Shown here piece after piece: positions 56,063 through 64,000 of a DNA stretch of 64,000 bases. Position 1 is the first letter of the stretch. The number at the start of each line of letters is the position of its first letter. The notes below the pieces were generated by a model. That model was not told the origin of the DNA. It saw nothing but the letters and a program-made list of their open reading frames with translations, and did no database searches. Both the position numbers and the translations under genes were made by a program. The stretch lies in contig NW_019217867.1 in the NCBI RefSeq assembly GCF_002571385.2, forward strand, positions 297,739 through 361,738. Reading direction: 5' to 3'. The DNA comes from Stylophora pistillata. Its lineage: Eukaryota.

Positions 56063-59000
56063 ATGGCGGTCGAGAAAAAGCGTCGAAGAGGCTTATCTTC
56101 CCTTCAGTTATTTTTCTGTGGAGTGGGGCATGTGATCAATGACAACACTCGCCGCATGCTACATTCATTCCGCATGATTTTTCTCATGAGGGTGGTTGGC
56201 ATTTCTGCAACCAATGCCGGCTTGATATCTTCTTACAATTATTTTGTCGGTGGAATCATTTTTGCTCCAGTAGCAGGTTTTTTATGTGATAAGATTAAAA
56301 TTCCAGTTCTGTCGCGCCGGCATGGAAAAAGAAAATCGTGGCATTTGATTGGATCTTTGGCAGCAGCTATAAGTATTCCACTCTTTTTCAGCAAATGTTT
56401 TGTTTGCGGAAGTGGAACCAATGATTGGGTGGTGCTGTTATATTACTTTATCGTAGCCACCATAATCTCATTTTCCATCAACTTCGTTGACATCTCCCAC
56501 TTGTCGGTTATTCCTGTTTTGGCAAAGAATCAAAGTGACGCCGCCAAGCTTACTTCTTTAAGGTTTGGAAACCTATTTCAATCACTAAACTCACTATTAT
56601 GTTGAATAAGCTGAGAAGATGGATTTTAGCTAAAAATCATGTTAATTAGGTCAAAATGATAGTGTTCATTGCGCAGACTGCGTGGAAGCACGTGTGATGA
56701 CCAGATACACTCTCCCTGCCGCACGGATTGTGACCGGAGAATTTAGTCAAACAGTACAGCAGAGTTACCATGCTGGACGTGTGTTTTTCTGTGAATTAGC
56801 TGAGAAAAGATGTCAAGGAATTTGTACCATTGTAATTTTTTTACTGCCCTATTGTGCACTCTGATTTTCCATGTTTCGTTCCTTGTCATCATATCAGCAA
56901 AACGGCCAAACCTTCATTTTGCTTCAGAGAACTCTTCATTATCTAGTTTTAACCTTCTAGAAGTTTCGACGGAGTTGATTTCTTTCCAGAAAGAGTTGCA
57001 ATTTATTAATCGTCAGCAGACCATTAGGCTGTTCTCGCCTCTACAAAGCTGACTTGCAGTTGATTTCTTATCCACAGAACGGCTTTCACGTATTTAACTG
57101 GCGTCGTTTGCTATCTTGTGGCATGGCTGATTCTTGGACAAGATAGCCGTGATCAGTTATCAAAAGAGAGCTCAATGGATTTTATGGTAATTAGTAACAC
57201 CCACATGCATCCCATTGCTGCTATTAAAAACTACTTTTCCACTCTTTCTCTTTCTCCACCTTCTTGCTTATAGTGTTTCTTCCTCATATTTTCGTTTCTT
57301 TCTTTCTTAACTTCTTCTTCTATAACCAGTCTTCCTAAAACTTCCCTCATGATTAGCTGAGAAGCAGAGCATCATAGAGGATCAACGCAATGTGCTTGTT
57401 GTAGATGGGTTCATGTCCAAAATTCCGCTTGAAACATACATTTATTTCAAACAAAATCCCAAATTCCCAATAAATGTGTGCTTTTCATTCCACTAATTTA
57501 TTCATGTTTTTCTCGTTGCCATGCACCCACCAATAACGTAGCTCCATTTTCTGCCTTTAAAAGCACACACAACCCACAATTCCTCTATTCGCTCCGACGA
57601 AGGGCTAACGCTCGAAACGTCAGCTTTTGTAATCATTACGGTGGCCAATTTACCATTTCAACTTTGTTGATATATCCAAATTATCCCAATAAATGAGACT
57701 AGCCTTAAGGAATTATTTAACTTTAAAACTTTACAAACTCATGTTTTGTCTTATGGATCTTCTTACGATCAATGTGAGGGCGTCGCGATGGGATCGCCAT
57801 TGGCAGCTATTTATACTTGCTACTTTATTCATGGAGTATTATGAGAACCTATGGTTAAAGAATTTAAATACTCTAATGTTCTATTTTATCGTAGATATGT
57901 GAATGACACGTTTTATTTATCATACAACGAACAGTATGCATTAAAATGTTTACGTTACCTCAACACCAGACATCCCAATATTAAGTTTACTTTCTAAACA
58001 CAGGTTAATGGGAGACTTCCATTCATGTCAGATGTTTTGCTGAACAACGCGGGAAAATTTTGTGTTCTATTTACAACAAAAGCACATACTCAGGGCTCTT
58101 AAATTTCTTTAGTCTTATTCAGTTCAAATGTAATATAGGTCTCATTTAGTCGTTTGGAATTTTGAAGATAAATGGTACAACCCAAATGGAACAATATTTT
58201 AAAAAACCTTTCTAAAACTAGTCAACGCAAATCCTTACCTAATATCATTGACAAAACCATGTGAATATTTAAAAACAGATTTGCCTCACATTAACCTCGA
58301 GCTGGAGGTGTACACTCTGTGCAGAGCACTGAGTGTAATTTATAACACTAAGTGTTTCAAACTTCCTATCCTAGGTGACTATGCTAACGTCGAAGCACGG
58401 TTATCAACAATTTTTTGCAAGGATCTTGACATAAGGATTGTCTTCACCCCTTCCAAAATTAAGAGCTAATTTAGCCTTAAAGGTCCAACTTCAGATGCCT
58501 TAAAAAATCCCTAGCTACTTATCAGTTTACTTGTACGGGATGTAATTTCCGTTACATTGATGAGAAATATCATTATTTTTCCACTAGGGTTAAGGAAAAT
58601 CTGCCATTGGAGAAAAACTCTCATGTTGACAAGCACATGTATTCTTTCCTTAGTTGTAAGAAAAAATGTTCAACCGAGGATTTTTAAGATTATAGACTCA
58701 ACCAAGAACACTTATTGCTTCAAATTAAAGGAAGCGGTGTACATAGGCCACTTGCAACCTAAGCTGAAAGCTCAGATGAAACATAACTGTAATTTTTCTT
58801 CGAACAGATTCATTTTCCAAGTGTCACATTCGCGCGCGCTATTTAACAAATGGTAAACACCACAGCGTACACTCTTGAGTTATGGATACACGCGGGAGGT
58901 TGCTAAGCACGAAAGAAGCGTAAGAGTCGCTCGAGGCGATAGCCGAGAGCGACTCTAGCTTCTTGAGTGCTTAGCAAACCTCCCAAGTGCATCCATAACT

Positions 59001-60884
59001 CAATAGTGTACGCTGTGGTGTTTACCATTTGTTTTATAACATAACATTAACACATTGTAGCTAAAGGTTCCCTTTTATTTAACAAATCTTACGTGACCAC
59101 AAAAAACAAGCGCGCGCGGAAAAATAGTCTTTGCATTTGCTCACGTCAGCAGCGTACACCCATGGGCAAATGGGGGACGCTGAATTGACCAATCAGAGGG
59201 CGCGCTTTAGTTTGGTTATGTTATAATGTTTACTTTACCACAGTAACGTTATTCATTTCAAATACTGTATTCGAGTTAAACTTAGGAATAGATATTATAA
59301 ATGTCTACCACCGATCAGCCTTAACTGAAGCTCTTTTGTCTGTTCATCTACAGTTGATAGCTCTCACCCTGACAGGAGTAGGACTGGTATGCTCTGGTAT
59401 TTTCCATGTTGGAACCAAAGAACCTCCACACAATTCACCAGAGGAGAGGAAGCTGTCCAATTCAATTACAGATTATGTGGTAAATTTTGGTAAAAAAGGA
59501 GCAGCAGCTAAAAGAAACTTACTTTTCCCGATAAATCCAACCTAAAGTTATTTGCAATTATTAAATACTGATCAATTCCTTTTAAGTTTAATCATATGAT
59601 CAATTACCACTTCAATGATCAAAAGTAATTCAAAATTTGAAACTACTTAAAGAAAAAATACTCAGAGAAGGTACTCCAAAATCCACTCTGGAAATGAAGT
59701 TGAATTTAGTAAAAAGTTTCTCCGGTTTTCCTTTTAAGTTTTAGATTTTTCGAAGTATTTATTTGCAGCTAGATGTTGTATCCAGTTTGATAGGTTTATA
59801 ACATTCTTATTGGAGGAGTTAGATCTAGATAGATTATCATGACAACTCATTGTCTCCAAGCCTTATTCCCTGGGCCTCTTTTTGGCTGGTTCGAGTAAAA
59901 TGCTAGCAAACACCCTAGGTGGACATCAACGAATACACAAGTATTGAGAGAAATGTGCACTTCGGGGAACTAAGAATATTTTAAATATTTACGCTGTGTT
60001 CTTTGCTGGTTAGTTTTTTCATATTAATATTTTGTATGGGTGTACTGCTTTGTATTGGTGTATCTCTCGTAGAGAAAAACTTCCTTCATGCCAACACCTG
60101 GGATTTTACAATCAGTCCTGTATTTTGAAGGATGTAAGTTTTTATCCATCATTTACAAGGCCATGCACCAACTTCACCTGTTTTGTTTTCCAAAACTTTT
60201 GTTCATATTTTCTTACTTTCTTCTTAATTTTACAACTTTTTAGCAGCTATGCGATAGTTTCTAAGTTTAGGTGTAAGTGTTTAGAAAGAACTCGTTCTCA
60301 TTTTGTATTTTCACATAGATCAGCAACGAAAGAAAAATATCCGAGACAGATTCGTCCACAGTCTGCGATCATCGCAGAACGATAAATTAACCAACCAGCA
60401 ATCAGGTGAAGAAAAAACAAGCCCTGCGAGAAAAACCAGTTTCTTTGACCATTTTCTTGAAGCAATATTAGAAGGAAATAAAACTGATGAACCCGATGAA
60501 AGTACGACCACAGAAAAAGAGGTTCTGGATTCACCACTGAACATGGCTGTTACCCCCATGGCAGTCACAAGTGGGGAAGACTTGACGTTTGTTAAGACAT
60601 TACCAACAGAACGAAAAAAAAGCCTTATGATGAGCATCTTTGATAGACTGATGACAAAGCAAGAAGATTCTGAGGAAGAAATCGATTCTAAGAAAAATAA
60701 TAACAAACCTATAGATGACAATGAAGGATCTGATGCAAATGAAACACAGCTCGGCCAACATTCCTTGGATGTTAGTCAAGATGATGGAAAAGTTCTACTA
60801 TCTGTTGCTTCTGATGTTGTACCCAATCCTCCACCGAAGCCAAAGACAGTGATAGCCTGGTTCAAGGATCCTCATTTGTACAAG
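56063..60884 (+). CDS. MFSD12: MFSD12-like major facilitator transporter, 5' half (coding exons 56063-56562, 57078-57186, 59354-59489, 60319-60884); continues beyond the window
   Basis: GVGHVIND, GKRKSWHLIG, FSKCFVC, ISHLSVIP, LTSLRTAFT, IFHVGTKE and WFKDPHLYK match the MFSD12 motifs GHFLND, GPRKAWHLVG, FSPCLGC, ISHLSLIP, LTALRYAFT and WLREPAFYQ. Splice phases 2, 0, 1, 0 are consistent. The acceptor at 56037/56038 implies an upstream UTR exon. Confidence 0.88.
57460..57690 (+). mobile_element. Penelope-like terminal-repeat fragment with a mutated hammerhead (CCGACGA)
   Basis: GCT-CCGACGA-A-GGGC-TAAC-GCTC-GAAA-CGTC-AGC at 57591-57624, then the same arm as at 6676-6734 and 35545-35586. Confidence 0.65.
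57730..58790 (+). mobile_element. Decayed Penelope-like element (RT plus GIY-YIG)
   Basis: YDQCEGVAMGSPL, RYVNDTF, LNTRHPNIKFT, YQFTCTGCNFRYI, FKIIDS..KLKEAVYIGHLQPKL, with many frameshifts. Confidence 0.8.
58845..59225. repeat. Hairpin-type interspersed repeat, full ~190-nt palindrome plus tail
   Basis: AACAAATGGTAAACACCACAGCGTACACT... is complementary to ...AGTGTACGCTGTGGTGTTTACCATTTGTT (58845-59033). Confidence 0.75.
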
Positions 60885-60941
60885 GTGACTTTAAATATAT
60901 AAAGAGAGGTTTTTGACAAGAAAAACTATAGCTTTTTTCTT

Positions 60942-61215
60942 TACCTTTACCATTGCCATTACCATTGTGATTTCCGTTACCATAGCCATTGCGTTTACCA
61001 TTACCATCGCCAATGCTCTTGCCATTGCCGTTGCTATTGCCTCTGCCATTGTCATTGCCATTGCCATTGCCATTGCCATCACCATTGCCACTGCCATTGC
61101 CGCCGTTATTATCACTGCTGTTGCCATTTCCGTTGCCAATGCCACTGCCACCGCCATTGCTATTGCTATTGCCATTGTCATTGTCGTTGATGTTGCCATT
61201 TCCATTGCCAATGCA
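60942..61215. repeat. (TTGCCA)n degenerate hexanucleotide repeat, intronic
   Basis: Direct reading; it produces spurious ORFs in several frames. Confidence 0.95.
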
Positions 61216-61699
61216 TTTGCGAGGATAACAATTGCGACAGCCTAAGCAGTTTCTGGTTTTCAACCGTTTTTTTATGATTTTGGGTGCACTGCCTGTTAAC
61301 AGAGGTATTTTGATAGGGCCGGGGTCCACAGTACTTCAGTTTTTTTGTATTCGACGAAGTTGAAAAGTGAGACGTATTCTGCCATCTTGGCCGCTAAATA
61401 ATTGTTTAGTTCATGGAGGATCTTTCCAATACTGCCGCCCCAAATTATTCGGGTTCTTTGTGCGCATTGGGAGACTGTGCCTTCTGTTTTGAAAACCACC
61501 CGAGATTGCAGGCCGAGGGCTTTATTCAAGATCTCGGGTACATTTCTCCGTATAGGGACCTCTCGGCCTGTAAATAAAACATGTTTATTGTTGCCAGTAG
61601 TGAAACAAAATTTCTTGAACAGATTGGTGTGAACTTTTAAAGATGTTTAAAAATGGAAAAAGTGTAGTCAGGATATGTCATGAGTTTTATAGAAATTGG

Positions 61700-63800
61700 T
61701 TGCCTCTGACTGTTGTTATTTCTGAAACAGACGTTTCGGCTAATGCTTAAGCCTTCATCAGTGATATGAAAACTGAAGATCGTTATCATACGCTATTTAA
61801 AGTTAAAAACGTGACGCGAAGCTTGCGCGCGTAACTATGTATTTGATGCTCGCGCGAGGTCTTTATAGGCTTCTGGAAGTACGATGTGATCGTTCCCCGC
61901 ATTCGGATCCAAAGTAGAGTACCAGGCTTCAAGGAAAAGTCTCTCGTGGTAATTAGTTTCGAAACGAACGACCCTGACGTTTATGAAATCCATGTTTTGG
62001 TCGAAAAGGTGGACATGGCTTGCGACTTTGGAGTTTAAGTCAAAACCTGCAACTGCCTTTTTGTGCTCCGCAATTCTGGTCTTTAATGATCGTTCTGTTT
62101 GGCCATAGTACTTAAAATTACACTGTGTGCAATTGATTTTGTACACCATGCCTGACTTCTGGCGGTCAGGTTCGCCTAGCTCCTTGGAGCGTGGAAGAAG
62201 GCTGTTGACTGTTTGTTGGGGTCTGTAGGCTACTTTGACCTTTTCTTGTTTCAATATGCGACTTATTTTCTCGGAAACACCCTGTACATACGGCAGCACT
62301 ACAAAGCCATTGAAGTTGGTCTGGGCGGGTTGTTTAAATAACACTCTCTCACAGTTCTGTACAAAAGGCAATGGATAATTGTTATCTCGCAGAACGGCCT
62401 TTACTCGTTGTATTTCTTCCCGTCTGCCTTTATTGGTAGATGGAATGTTGTTTGCTCTTTTCAGTAAGGTGTTGACAACGGATCTTTTATGCCACATAGG
62501 ATGACAGGAAAAGAAATCGAGATAAGGGTCGTTATGTGTCGGTTTTCTGTAAACATCTACCTGAATTTTTGTGCCGAGTTTACTTGTTATGGTGTCTAAA
62601 AAAGGCAAGCCTTGTCCGTTGGTGTTTTCTAATTCTAAAGTAAACTGTATGTTCGGGTTAATTGAGTTCAATTGTTTGTGGAAATTGTCGACTTGATCCT
62701 TTTTGATACAAGAGTGACTATCGTCAACATACCTAAACCACCATTTGGGAGGGCACGGGAACGTGGAGATCGTCGTTTCCTCAATTTCTTCCATAATCAG
62801 GTCGGCTAAAACAAGACTAATGGGAGAACCCATTGCGCATCCAAAAATCTGTTTGTAGTGGTCGCCATCATATTTAAATTAATTGTGGTTGAGGACAAAT
62901 TCTGAACTGAGTCTCAAAACGTTGTCAACAGAAAGATTGGTACGTTCTGCTAGATTCTGGTCTCGTTGTAGTCTCTCCTTGGTTATCGTGAGGGCTAAGT
63001 CCACAGGTATGGAGGTGAACAGGGACTTCACGTCGAAGGAGATCATGACTTCATCGCTGGAGATGGAAAGCTTNTTTTATTTGTTGCGTGAAAACGGAAC
63101 TGTTTTGGACTGTGTAGGTTTTCTTTCTCAGAGGTGACAGGACTGAAACTAGATATTTGGAGACCGCATGTGTCGGGCTACCGATACTGCTAGTGATGGG
63201 TCGCAATGGCCTTCCAGGTTTATGAACTTTCGGAAGACCGTAAAAAGACGCTGGCGTTGAATTACCGCAGTGTAGTTTTCTGTATAAACTTGGGCCAATT
63301 CGCGGTGCTGTGCCGTTATTCTCGTTTTTGATAGGAGGATTTTGTTAAGATCTTTTTCAACACTTGTTGTGGGTTTCAATCTCTTATCGGTCAATTTCAG
63401 GTAGGTTTTGGTGTCGTTTAATAAAACGGCTACTTTCTCTTTGTCTCATCACTATCCATCACAACTATGGATCTTCCTTTATCGGCTGGAAGGATCTTCA
63501 CAGTCTCATCCTTTCTCAGGTTTTGTAGCGCATTCTCCTGCTCTTTCGTTATATTGGCTGTCGTGTGTACTTTGCAGTTCTTAAGAATATTAGTAACAGA
63601 AACGCGTATTGTGTCTTTTAAAAATGTGGCTGATTCTTTTCTTTTCAGGTTGCAATTATTTACTCGTGTTCAAAGAGTTTACAAAGTGTGCTTTTCTCCT
63701 ACTTGCCCCTGCTCCTTACCGACGAACTAAAATTGGAAAACGTGAGTGAAATTTGTCAATTATTTTCTGGGTTTGAAAGTTTGAATACTGAAAGTCATAC
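61700..63800 (-). mobile_element. Penelope-like retroelement (RT plus GIY-YIG endonuclease); 3' 332 codons open, upstream part frameshifted
   Basis: [78 protein letters not shown]. Confidence 0.92.
61728..61763 (-). ncRNA. Minimal hammerhead ribozyme in the Penelope 3' terminal repeat
   Basis: The minus strand reads CA-CTGATGA-A-GGCT-TAAGCATT-AGCC-GAAA-CGTC-TG, about 70 nt after the ORF stop. Confidence 0.7.
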
Positions 63801-64000
63801 TTGACGTTCTGCAATGGTTAACCAATTATCTTGTAACACACCTACCTTCGTTTCCTTGCTTTCCTTTCTCCTTTCCCTGTCAATCCGTCAGCTTTGCAAT
63901 AATTAGGTGGAAGAGACAAACAGGCAGAGGGAAAGAGAGACAGATAGACGGATAGAAAGAACGACCATTTGGTAAATCATGAAAAATTTCAGAGAGTTGA

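Noticed and set aside
60862-61329. GN-, AM-, AI- and LP-repeat ORFs
   Set aside because: Translations of an intronic (TTGCCA)n repeat with no splice support

Overview
AT-rich, intron-containing animal DNA, most likely an anthozoan or stony coral (inferred from gene content and repeat types). All host genes are on the + strand. (1) The 3' part of a polycystin-1-like (PKD1L) gene, 1-3759. (2) A ~31-kb gene with about 35 exons (5530/7388-36903), predicted to encode a ~2,190-aa secreted protein of 14 tandem F5/8 type C (discoidin) domains arranged as a three-domain super-repeat; it carries an in-frame TAG in domain 5 and a probable +1 lesion in the signal-peptide exon. (3) Two tandem, intronless PPP1R27-like genes (long disordered region, RVxF motif, ankyrin repeats); the second is interrupted by one TAA. 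(4) The 5' half of a divergent MFSD12-like transporter with a greatly expanded central loop, preceded by a duplicated promoter-like block. Introns and intergenic DNA hold Penelope-like elements, LINE, Gypsy, DIRS-like and THAP-transposon relics, tRNA-derived SINEs, MITEs and microsatellites. At least five hammerhead-ribozyme loci are present. One is a canonical hammerhead inside a ~240-nt retrozyme-like monomer whose extended stem I forms only if the element is circularised or tandem. There is a 539-nt N gap at 18660-19198. All calls are by eye; no database searches were run.
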